This document shows positions 39,368 through 46,753 of a DNA stretch of 46,753 nt, one piece after another (positions within the stretch are counted from its first letter, which is position 1; every line of letters starts with the position of its first letter). Made by a program: the position numbers and the translations under genes. Source of the DNA: Candidatus Latescibacterota bacterium (GTDB lineage Bacteria > JAAXHH01). The stretch is taken from the NCBI GenBank assembly GCA_022821935.1, contig JAJECR010000192.1, forward strand, positions 1-46,753, in the 5' to 3' direction. The notes beneath the pieces are model-generated. The model was given only the letters and a program-made list of their open reading frames with translations. It did not search any database and was not told where the DNA came from.

Positions 39368-40447
39368 ATGAGCGAGGCTGACGAAAACTATCAAAGCGTC
39401 GGACTGCCGCCCGGCGTCATACGCCTGAGCCGGAACGAAAATCCCATCGGTCCGTCCCCGGCCGTCGTGGAAGCGGTAATGGCGCGATGCGCCCGGATCA
39501 ACCGCTACGAAGACGCCGACCAGATCGCCCTCTTCCGCAAGCTGGCGGAACTCCACGACGTCCCGCACGATGAGAACCTGGCGCTCCCCGGGCTGGATTC
39601 GGACGGTGCCTGGATCCGCGTGGGCGACGGTTCCGAACACCTGATGCACGCCATCGCCTGTGCCTTTCTGGCCGAGGGAGACGAGGTGATCGAACCTCAG
39701 CCATCCTTCGGACTGATGACCCGGTACGCGGAGGCGTTCGGCGCCCGCGCCGTGAGAACGCCGTTGACGCCAGCTTACGGTTACGACCTGGACGCCATGG
39801 CCGCGGCCGTCAACAGACGCACGCGCATGGCCGTCATTACCAATCCCAACAACCCCACGGGCACGATCCTGACCCACGAAGCCCTGTCCCGCTTCGTCAA
39901 AAGCCTGCCCAGGCGCGTGATCGTCCTGGTGGACGAGGCCTACATCGACCTGGTGGAAGACGACGCGTGCGCCGATGGCAACGTCCTTGTCAGGGAACAT
40001 GAGAACGTCGTCCTGGTCCGGACCTTCTCGAAGGGTTACGGGCTGGCGGGCTTCAGACTGGGCTACGCGGTTGCACAGCCCCGGATGATGCGACGCGTCC
40101 GCCAGTTTCACGGCGGGTCGCCCAGCGCCATGGTGATGACCGCCGCCAGCGCCGCCCTCGACGATCCGGACCACGTGGAACGGACCCGGCGGGCGGCAAG
40201 CGCGTCCAAGGCGATCTACTACGAGACCTGCGCGGATCTCGGGCTGGCGTATGTCTGGAGCGAGGCCGCCTTCGTCCTGATCGAGGTGGGAGACGCCGCG
40301 GCAGTCACCGCGGCCCTGGCCGAGCGTGATATACTCGTTATCAACGCCGACGCATCCTGGCATCTGAAAGGCATGATCCGGGTCTCCTACGGCAACGAGC
40401 AGGAAAGCCGGATCTTTGCCGGGGCGTTGAAGGATATACTTCTCTGA
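39368..40447 (+). CDS. Class I/II PLP aminotransferase, histidinol-phosphate-aminotransferase-like
   Basis: 'LSRNENPIGPSP', 'NPNNPTGT', 'VLVDEAYIDL' and 'RTFSKGYGLAGFRLGY' (PLP lysine). Confidence 0.8.
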   Translation: MSEADENYQSVGLPPGVIRLSRNENPIGPSPAVVEAVMARCARINRYEDADQIALFRKLAELHDVPHDENLALPGLDSDGAWIRVGDGSEHLMHAIACAFLAEGDEVIEPQPSFGLMTRYAEAFGARAVRTPLTPAYGYDLDAMAAAVNRRTRMAVITNPNNPTGTILTHEALSRFVKSLPRRVIVLVDEAYIDLVEDDACADGNVLVREHENVVLVRTFSKGYGLAGFRLGYAVAQPRMMRRVRQFHGGSPSAMVMTAASAALDDPDHVERTRRAASASKAIYYETCADLGLAYVWSEAAFVLIEVGDAAAVTAALAERDILVINADASWHLKGMIRVSYGNEQESRIFAGALKDILL

Positions 40448-40543
40448 AGAGACGCGCTGCAGAGGCGACGCCCACACGAAGTGGTTTGGTCCTGATCGAA
40501 ACCCGAGTAATCCCTTCCTGAAGTGAGAAAAGAAAGGCGCACG

Positions 40544-41965
40544 ATGCCCGTATCCGAACTGTGTTTCACTACGGCCAACGATCTCGTCCGCATGATCCGC
40601 CACAAGGATGTATCCGTGACGGAAGTCATGGAAGCCCACCTGGCCCAGGTCGACCGGGTGAATCCCGCCGTGAACGCCATCGTCACCTATCATCCCGAGC
40701 AGGCGCTGGACGGCGCCCGGAAAGCCGACGAGGCCATCGCGAAGAACGAAGCGCGAGGCCCCCTCTTCGGACTGCCCATCGCCCACAAGGACCTGGTGCT
40801 GACCAGAGGTGTCCGGACTACTTATGGCTCACCCCTTTTCCGTGATTTCGTCCCGGGCCAGGACGAACTGATCGTGGAGCGGCTGAAGAAGGCCGGGGCG
40901 ATTTCCTTCGGCAAGACGAACGTGCCGGAGTTCGGCGCAGGATCCCAGACCTTCAACCCGGTTTTCGGTGCGACGCTCAACCCCTACGACACGTCCCGAA
41001 CCTGCGGCGGCAGCAGCGGAGGTGCCGCCGTGGCGCTGGCCTGCGGCATGCTGCCCATCGCCGACGGCAGCGACATGGGCGGATCGCTGCGCAACCCGGC
41101 CAACTTCTGCAACGTGGTGGGTCTGCGCCCGGCGCCCGGGCGCGTACCAAGGTGGCCGGCCGTCAACGCCTGGGGCAAGCTCAGCGTTCAGGGTCCCATG
41201 GCCCGGACGGTGGAGGACGCCGCCCTCATGCTCAGCGCCATAGCGGGTCCCGACCCCCGTGCGCCGCTTGCCATCCGGGAGCCCGGGAGGTCGCTCGCCC
41301 TGCCGCTGGAACGTGACTTCAGGGGCGTGACCATCGCCTGGAGCCGTGATTTCGGCGGGTTGCCCGTCGACCCGGAGGTCACCTCGGCCCTAGAAGCGAA
41401 GCGCGGGGTATTCGAGGACCTCGGCATGGACGTCATACCGGGCGAGCCCGATTTCTCGGAAGCCGACGAGGCGTTCAAGACGCTGCGTGCATGGAGCTTC
41501 ATCCAGGGTTACGGCGACCTCCTCGAGAAACACCGCGACCAGATCAAGGACACCGTCATCTGGAACCTCGAGGCCGGATTCGCCCTGTCGGGTCCGCAAA
41601 TCGCCCGCGCCGAGGTGGACCGGACCACCCTGTACCACCGGGTCCGCAGGTTCATGGAACGCCATGAATTCATGGTCTTTCCCGTCAGCCAGGTCCCGCC
41701 CTTCGACGTGCATACACCCTACCCCACGGAAATCGACGGTGTGCGGATGGAGACCTATATCGACTGGATGAAATCGTGCTATTACGTCACCGTCACCGGC
41801 CTGCCCGCCATTTCGGTACCCTGCGGTTTCACATCCTCCGGTCTGCCCGTGGGGCTGCAGATCGTCGGCCGGCACGAGGACGAACTCGGGGTCCTGCAAC
41901 TCGCCCACGCCTTCGAACAGGCGACACAGACCTGGAAAAGGCGCCCAGCCGTGGCCGAGTCGTGA
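40544..41965 (+). CDS. Amidase-signature (AS) family amidase
   Basis: 'PIAHKDL' and 'CGGSSGGAAVALACGMLPIADGSDMGGSLRNPA', the Ser-cisSer-Lys signature region. Confidence 0.88.
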   Translation: MPVSELCFTTANDLVRMIRHKDVSVTEVMEAHLAQVDRVNPAVNAIVTYHPEQALDGARKADEAIAKNEARGPLFGLPIAHKDLVLTRGVRTTYGSPLFRDFVPGQDELIVERLKKAGAISFGKTNVPEFGAGSQTFNPVFGATLNPYDTSRTCGGSSGGAAVALACGMLPIADGSDMGGSLRNPANFCNVVGLRPAPGRVPRWPAVNAWGKLSVQGPMARTVEDAALMLSAIAGPDPRAPLAIREPGRSLALPLERDFRGVTIAWSRDFGGLPVDPEVTSALEAKRGVFEDLGMDVIPGEPDFSEADEAFKTLRAWSFIQGYGDLLEKHRDQIKDTVIWNLEAGFALSGPQIARAEVDRTTLYHRVRRFMERHEFMVFPVSQVPPFDVHTPYPTEIDGVRMETYIDWMKSCYYVTVTGLPAISVPCGFTSSGLPVGLQIVGRHEDELGVLQLAHAFEQATQTWKRRPAVAES

Positions 41966-42103
41966 GCGCGTCCTGCCTGCCCCGTACTCTGAACAAAGCA
42001 CCGCGACACAGTACATTAGTGAAAGCGCCACGGCGCCACGGCACGTTTCAGATATCCCCGTCGAGCATGCGTGGTTTTCGCCCGCCGCCGCAGGAGATCT
42101 GTG

Positions 42104-43480
42104 ATGCCCGCTAAGGCGGAAATCGTCATCTGCGGCGCGGGCGTGGCCGGTGTGGCCGCCGCGTATCATCTCGTCGTTCGCCGAGGCGTGCGAAACGTCG
42201 TGCTCGTCGACGAAAGACCCCCTCTCTCCCTGACCAGCGCCGCCGGCACCGAAGCCTATCGCAACTGGTGGCCCGACCTTTCCATGTTCCGGTTTGTGGA
42301 CCGGAGCATCGGCCTGATGGAGGAACTGGCGAGGGAGAGCGGCAATGTTTTCCGAATGAACCGGAGAGGATATGTATTCCTGACCGGCAACAGGGACCGC
42401 ATTCCGGAACTGAAAAAAGAGGCGGAGGAGGTCTCCAACCTGGGCGGAGGCGCCCTGCGCGTGCATCGCGACGGCGGGACCTACGTGCCTTCCCGGCCAG
42501 AGGGACTGGCGTGGCCGGAGGGACTGGAACCCGATCTGGCCGGTGCCGATCTCCTGCTCGACGGCGATGCGATTAAAGTACTGTTTCCGTTTCTGGCGGA
42601 CGATACCGCCGCCATGCTGCACGTGCGCCGCTGCGGCTGGCTGGATCTCCCGTCACTCGGCCGGTGGATGCTCGACCGCATCGCGTCCCGGGGCGGCGAG
42701 CTCCTGCAGGACAGGATTTCGAAGGTCGACGCTCGGAACAATCGGGTCCGGGGCGTAACGCTGGCGTCGGGATCGCGCATCGAAACCGGCAATCTCGTCC
42801 TTGCCGCAGGACCCCTGGTCCCGGCGGCCGGCCGGATGCTGGGACTGGATATTCCGGTCTTCATGGAGTTGCACGGCAAGATCATCGCGGAAGACCGGGC
42901 TTGCGTACTGCCGCCTGACGCGCCCATGATGATCTGGACGGACCCGATCGAACTGATCTGGAGCGAAGAAGAAAAGCGGCAGCTTTCCGCCGGCGCCGAT
43001 ACCCGTTACCTCACCGAACCCTTTCCCGCGGGGCTCCACATCCGTCCCCGGTACCGGGACGGAAAACAGACCTTTCTGGGTATCTGGACCTATGACGTCA
43101 CGCCGCGGGAGGCAGTATTCCCGCCCGAATTCGACCCGGCCTACCCGGTGATCGTCCTGAGGGGACTCGCCCGGATGATTCCGGGTATGCGCGTGTATTT
43201 CGAAGCGACCGATGCACTGGCGGTGGACGGCGGATACTATTGCAAGGCGCCGGACAACCTGCCGCTGATCGGACCGTTGCCGGTGGATGGCGCGTATATC
43301 GTCGGCGCGCTCTCCGGCTACGGCGCCATGGGTTCCCAGGCCGCGGGAGAATTGATCGCCGCCCACGTCACCGGCGCGGTCTTGCCGGACTATGCGAAGG
43401 CCTTCCTGTTCAGCCGTTTCGACGGGATATCGGACACCGAAATGCGGGAAATGCGCGATGCGACGCGCGGGCAGTTGTAG
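42104..43480 (+). CDS. FAD-dependent oxidoreductase (DAO / glycine-D-amino-acid oxidase superfamily)
   Basis: 'IVICGAGVAGVAAAYHL' dinucleotide-binding motif directly after the ATG at 42104. AGGAG lies 7 nt upstream. Confidence 0.85.
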   Translation: MPAKAEIVICGAGVAGVAAAYHLVVRRGVRNVVLVDERPPLSLTSAAGTEAYRNWWPDLSMFRFVDRSIGLMEELARESGNVFRMNRRGYVFLTGNRDRIPELKKEAEEVSNLGGGALRVHRDGGTYVPSRPEGLAWPEGLEPDLAGADLLLDGDAIKVLFPFLADDTAAMLHVRRCGWLDLPSLGRWMLDRIASRGGELLQDRISKVDARNNRVRGVTLASGSRIETGNLVLAAGPLVPAAGRMLGLDIPVFMELHGKIIAEDRACVLPPDAPMMIWTDPIELIWSEEEKRQLSAGADTRYLTEPFPAGLHIRPRYRDGKQTFLGIWTYDVTPREAVFPPEFDPAYPVIVLRGLARMIPGMRVYFEATDALAVDGGYYCKAPDNLPLIGPLPVDGAYIVGALSGYGAMGSQAAGELIAAHVTGAVLPDYAKAFLFSRFDGISDTEMREMRDATRGQL

Positions 43481-43489
43481 GTGTGCGGG

Positions 43490-43556
43490 TACGTGTAAGT
43501 GGCGGGCGTGCAGGCGGCTGATACGTGCGGGTGTGGTGATACGTGCAGGTGGCGGG
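43490..43556. repeat. G/T-rich imperfect direct repeats between the FAD-oxidase stop and cobQ
   Basis: TACGTGYARGTGGCGGG at 43490-43506 and 43540-43556. Also a tandem 18-mer, GATACGTGCGGGTGTGGT / GATACGTGCAGGTGGCGG, at 43520-43555 (14 of 18 match). Confidence 0.8.
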
Positions 43557-43608
43557 TACGCGCGCCGGATTCATTCGAAATCAACTCGCTTAGGATCTAT
43601 TCGCTGGT

Positions 43609-45078
43609 ATGGGCACGCCGATGAATGCTTTGATGATCCAGGGCACGGCGTCGGGGGTCGGCAAATCGCTGCTGGTCGCCGGGTTGTGCCGGCTGCTCGC
43701 ACGTTCCGGCGTTCAGGTCGCCCCTTTTAAACCGCAAAACATGAGCAACGCGTCCTGCGCCTGCCCCTCCGGCGGCGAGATTGGTCGCGCCCAGGCGCTG
43801 CAGGCCTTCGCCGCCGGGATCGAACCCACCGTGGACATGAATCCTGTCCTGCTCAAGCCCGAGGCCGACAACGCGGCGCAACTCGTCGTGGGCGGCAAGG
43901 TACGCGGGCGGCTCATGGCCGGTCGATTCAAGGAAGACCGAAGCGCGTTGATGCACGAGGTGCTGGGGGCTTTCAACCGGCTTCGCGGTTCGTATGACTG
44001 GATAGTCGTGGAAGGCGCGGGATCGCCAGCGGAACCCAACCTGCGTGAGGGGGATATCGCCAACATGGGCTTCGCCCGGGCGGCCGGCGTTCCGGTTTGG
44101 CTGGTGGGCGACATAGACCGCGGAGGCGTTTTCGCCGCCCTGCTCGGAACGATGGAGGCCCTTGCGGCCCACGACCGCGGGCTCGTGGAGGCGATGATCG
44201 TCAATCGGTTCCGGGGTGAGGCTTCCCTGTTGGGCGACGTGTTCAGTTGGCTTGAAAATCGTTCGGGCACGCCCGTACTCGGCTGGTTGCCCTACTTGCA
44301 GGATCTCGTGCTTCCGGATGAAGACATCCCCTATACGGGCATGGACCGCTCGCGGGGATCCGTGAACCCTGGGGGCGAAAACAAACTGCGGGTCGGCGCG
44401 ATACATTACCCGCGGGCAAGCAACACGACCGATCTGGACCCCTTCCTGATCGATCCGGACGTGGAATTCGCCTGGTTGCGCGATCCTTCGGAAATGACCG
44501 GTTGGGACCTCGTGATATTGCCCGGCTCGAAGTCCACTTCCGCGGACCTCTCCTGGCTGAGAGCGCGTGGCTGGCCTCCGTCGCTAGAACGGCACCTTCG
44601 ATACGGGGGACGCGTGCTGGGCATCTGTGGCGGTGCGCAGATGCTCGGGCGCCGTATCCTGGATCCTGAAGGAATCGAGGGGCCGCCCGCTGCCGAAGGC
44701 CTGGCCTGGATCCCGATCGAGACCGAAATGCTGCCGGACAAGCGGGTACGCCCAGTGGCGGCCCGGTCAAGATGGCCGGCCGACCTGCCGTTTACCGGGT
44801 ACGAGATCCGTCACGGACTGAGCAGTGAGGATCCCGAAGTGTACCCCTTCTGCGCACGCTCCGACGACGGTCGGGTGATGGGCACGTTCATCCACGGGCT
44901 GTTCGACGACGGGCGGTACCGCTGCGCCGTGCTCGAAGCCTGGCTGAACTGGAAGAGCGCCGCGGAAGAAGACATCACCGAGCGGTGGACACGAGACCTG
45001 GACCGGATAGCCGACGCCATGGCCGCTAATCTGGATCTCTCTCTCCTTGAACGCAGAGTCGGAGTCCGTCTGCAATGA
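43609..45078 (+). CDS. cobQ: Cobyric acid synthase
   Basis: 'LMIQGTASGVGKSLLVAGLCRLLARSGVQVAPFKPQNMSN', 'GEIGRAQALQA', 'VEGAGSPAEPNLR..DIANMGFA' and a C-terminal GATase domain with 'GICGGAQMLG'. The ATG could be at 43609 or 43621. Confidence 0.9.
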   Translation: MGTPMNALMIQGTASGVGKSLLVAGLCRLLARSGVQVAPFKPQNMSNASCACPSGGEIGRAQALQAFAAGIEPTVDMNPVLLKPEADNAAQLVVGGKVRGRLMAGRFKEDRSALMHEVLGAFNRLRGSYDWIVVEGAGSPAEPNLREGDIANMGFARAAGVPVWLVGDIDRGGVFAALLGTMEALAAHDRGLVEAMIVNRFRGEASLLGDVFSWLENRSGTPVLGWLPYLQDLVLPDEDIPYTGMDRSRGSVNPGGENKLRVGAIHYPRASNTTDLDPFLIDPDVEFAWLRDPSEMTGWDLVILPGSKSTSADLSWLRARGWPPSLERHLRYGGRVLGICGGAQMLGRRILDPEGIEGPPAAEGLAWIPIETEMLPDKRVRPVAARSRWPADLPFTGYEIRHGLSSEDPEVYPFCARSDDGRVMGTFIHGLFDDGRYRCAVLEAWLNWKSAAEEDITERWTRDLDRIADAMAANLDLSLLERRVGVRLQ

Positions 45079-45102
45079 AGCGGAAGATTGAGGAGGTTTT
45101 TG

Positions 45103-45131
45103 TTGGTCCTGTTCCAGGGCTGTGGTATAAT
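45103..45131 (+). promoter_or_regulatory. Candidate sigma70 promoter with extended -10 (TTGGTC-17 nt-TGgTATAAT)
   Basis: TTGGTCctgttccagggctgTGgTATAAT. The -10 element ends 73 nt upstream of the amidohydrolase ATG. Confidence 0.5.
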
Positions 45132-45204
45132 CACTCTGTCTCTGTAGCCCGGTAAAATCCCTGTGCTTTGTTGATCAAAAAGACTCGCCAATACTGGAGT
45201 TTCC

Positions 45205-46323
45205 ATGCCCACACCTGAATACGACCTGCTCATCCGCGCGGGACGCGTGTTCTGTGCGGAATCCGGCCTCGACGGACCGGGCGCCGTGGCCTTGAAAGAC
45301 GGACGCATAGCGGCGTCGGGACCCGAAGTCGACGGATCCGCCGCCATGACCTTCGAGTTTCCCGACGGCCTGGCGCTGCCGGGACTGGTGGACCTGCACG
45401 CCCATCCCGCGCGCGGCGGCTCGCGCTACGGCGTCGACCCTGACACCCACTTCCTGTCCCGGGGCGTCACGACTGTCATGTCCCAGGGCGACGCCGGCGC
45501 CGATAACTGGCCGACCTACCGGGATCGGGTGATCCGGGCATGCAGGACGCGGGTGATCCTGGCGATCAACCTTTCGATTCATGGCGAATCTCATCCGGAC
45601 GGCTGTTTCCCTGACCTGGAATCTGCGGACGTGGACGCCTGCGTTTCCGCCATCGAATCGGGAGGAGACACCATATGGGGTATCGCGGCCAACACGGGTC
45701 CCAGCAATCCCACCCCGCCCAGGGAGATCATGCGCCGCGCCCTGGAGGCCTCCGAACGTTCTGGCAAGCCGCTCCTGGTCGGCACGCGCCTGTCCGCCGA
45801 CTGGTCCCTTGACGACCAATTGCCGCTGCTGCGTTCCGGAGACGTGGTCACCTACTGTTTCAACGATTTTCCCGAGAGCGTCGTTAAGGACGGCCGGATC
45901 CGCCCCAGTGTCCGCGACGCCCGCGAAAGGGGCGTCCTCTTCGATATCGGCCATGGCATGCGGTCCTTCAGCTTCCAGGTCGCCGAGGCCGCCATCGCCG
46001 ACGGGTTCCTGCCCGATACCATTTCCACCGACCAGTACAGCCGCCATGTCGGGAGCAGCCCGCAGCACGACCTGCCCCGGACGATGTCCAAGCTGATCGC
46101 GGCCGGCATGTCGGAACGCGACGCTTTCCCAAGGGTGACGAGCCGTCCGGCGGAAGTCCTCGGATTGAAAGGCGAAACCGGCACCCTGCGCGCCGGCGCC
46201 TGCGGGGACGTGGCGGTGCTGCGCTGGAACGAAGACGCGCCGCCGCTGCGCGACGTGGACGGCGTGGAACGGCCCGGAGGCTGCTGGGAACCCGTACTCG
46301 CCGCCCGGGCCGGCATCGTATGA
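45205..46323 (+). CDS. Amidohydrolase-superfamily metallohydrolase (dihydroorotase / deacetylase-like)
   Basis: 'YDLLIRAGRV...ALKDGRIAA' composite-domain N-terminus, 'LPGLVDLHAHP' (HxH metal site), and later 'FDIGHG' and 'TISTDQ'. Confidence 0.8.
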   Translation: MPTPEYDLLIRAGRVFCAESGLDGPGAVALKDGRIAASGPEVDGSAAMTFEFPDGLALPGLVDLHAHPARGGSRYGVDPDTHFLSRGVTTVMSQGDAGADNWPTYRDRVIRACRTRVILAINLSIHGESHPDGCFPDLESADVDACVSAIESGGDTIWGIAANTGPSNPTPPREIMRRALEASERSGKPLLVGTRLSADWSLDDQLPLLRSGDVVTYCFNDFPESVVKDGRIRPSVRDARERGVLFDIGHGMRSFSFQVAEAAIADGFLPDTISTDQYSRHVGSSPQHDLPRTMSKLIAAGMSERDAFPRVTSRPAEVLGLKGETGTLRAGACGDVAVLRWNEDAPPLRDVDGVERPGGCWEPVLAARAGIV

Positions 46324-46376
46324 AGCCAGGCTGATACAGGACAGAATAAAGGCAGTCCCATTCAAGGACCGGGCGG

Positions 46377-46420
46377 TTCCACCCAGAGGACCAGGAGATT
46401 CCACCCAGCAGATCAGGAGA
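46377..46420. repeat. 22-bp tandem duplication TTCCACCCAGAGGACCAGGAGA / TTCCACCCAGCAGATCAGGAGA directly upstream of the NHL-repeat gene
   Basis: Units at 46377-46398 and 46399-46420; 19 of 22 positions match. Each unit ends in CAGGAGA. The second GGAGA is 8 nt from the ATG. Confidence 0.9.
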
Positions 46421-46427
46421 CCCCAAC

Positions 46428-46753
46428 ATGGTATACGGATCGGGAGATTACACCTACGAACGCGTCGAAGGCTGGGGCGGCGGAACCGCCGGCCGGGACC
46501 TCGGCGTGGTATCTTCCATGGCCGTCGATTCGCAGGACCGCGTGCACGTCATCGACCGGGAACCCGATCCTGCGGTTGTCGTCTACGATCGCGGCGGACG
46601 TTTTCTGTACGACTGGGGCCAGGACATCTTCAAGGTGCCCCACTCGATCTGGATCAGCGCGGACGATATCATCTACATGACCGACGTCCAACTGCATACC
46701 GTGATGTCTTTCACCCTTGAAGGGAAGATGCTCTCCATGCTCGGCACGCCCGA
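46428..46753 (+). CDS. NHL-repeat beta-propeller protein (peptidyl-alpha-hydroxyglycine lyase-like), 5' partial, runs off the window
   Basis: Not in the track because it has no stop. My translation: MVYGSGDYTYERVEGWGGGTAGRDLGVVSSMAVDSQDRVHVIDREPDPAVVVYDRGGRFLYDWGQDIFKVPHSIWISADDIIYMTDVQLHTVMSFTLEGKMLSMLGTP. It follows the NHL-blade pattern (VAVDS.DRV.V.DR....V.V.D..G.F...WG). Confidence 0.7.
   Translation, partial: MVYGSGDYTYERVEGWGGGTAGRDLGVVSSMAVDSQDRVHVIDREPDPAVVVYDRGGRFLYDWGQDIFKVPHSIWISADDIIYMTDVQLHTVMSFTLEGKMLSMLGTP

Noticed and set aside
43484-43556. Possible G-quadruplex in the cobQ upstream repeats (four GGG runs)
   Set aside because: The loops between the GGG tracts are about 15-25 nt, too long for a stable canonical G4. 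The pattern is better described as imperfect direct repeats.
565-46404. Other long antisense or out-of-frame ORFs (565-1827, 3957-5531, 11360-12529, 21900-23129, 29679-30809, 37167-38267, 39266-40786, 41390-42622, 45175-46404, and many 60-200-aa ORFs)
   Set aside because: Each overlaps a gene on the opposite strand or in another frame that has family-specific motifs. None has an SD/start context or recognisable domains. Their composition is the mirror image of real high-G+C coding sequence.

Overview
46.7 kb high-G+C chromosomal segment, about 63-65% G+C by eye. It comes from a diderm bacterium: it encodes a TonB-dependent outer-membrane receptor, Lnt, lipobox lipoproteins and an MltD-like transglycosylase. 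Several sigma70-type TTGACA-17-TATAAT promoters are visible. The 29-aa bS22-like peptide and the carboxypeptidase-regulatory-domain TonB receptor suggest an FCB-superphylum-like or related uncultured lineage; this placement is inference only. I support about 44 protein genes, one tRNA-Ala(GGC), 2 gene relics, 7 candidate promoters and many short tandem repeats. I found no rRNA, CRISPR array, IS element or transposase. Layout: (1) 64-5636, an operon of a ThrC-like PLP enzyme, a fused DUF1537 acid-sugar kinase/PdxA-family dehydrogenase and an orphan family-5 solute-binding protein. (2) 5699-9304, housekeeping genes on the minus strand: bS22-like peptide, HU/IHF, SppA, LysM transglycosylase, tRNA-Ala. 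(3) 9455-11053, a PTP-like phosphatase fused to an ADP-ribosylglycohydrolase. (4) 11183-16059, three different PLP enzymes plus a creatininase-family hydrolase. (5) 16165-17693, two tandem paralogous lipoproteins with GGEHGG repeat arms and no family I recognise; this is my best candidate for something undescribed. (6) 17925-30845, a catabolic-looking cluster (three PhyH-family dioxygenases, an enolase-superfamily enzyme, an FAH-family hydrolase, a TonB receptor, a UxuA-like dehydratase) interrupted by two low-G+C islets. One islet carries vapBC. The other carries higB, a long HigA-HTH/M78-like gene, and decayed BrnT-like and Fic fragments. (7) 30884-36618, xerD, lnt, an oxidoreductase, an ICMT-like methyltransferase and hisB. 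(8) 36738-46753, an amino-acid-type cluster (D-threonine-aldolase-like enzyme, NSS transporter, aminotransferase, amidase, FAD oxidase), then an orphan cobQ, an amidohydrolase and a partial NHL-repeat gene. The many long antisense ORFs in the track are high-G+C artefacts. All family calls come from motif recognition by eye; no searches were run.
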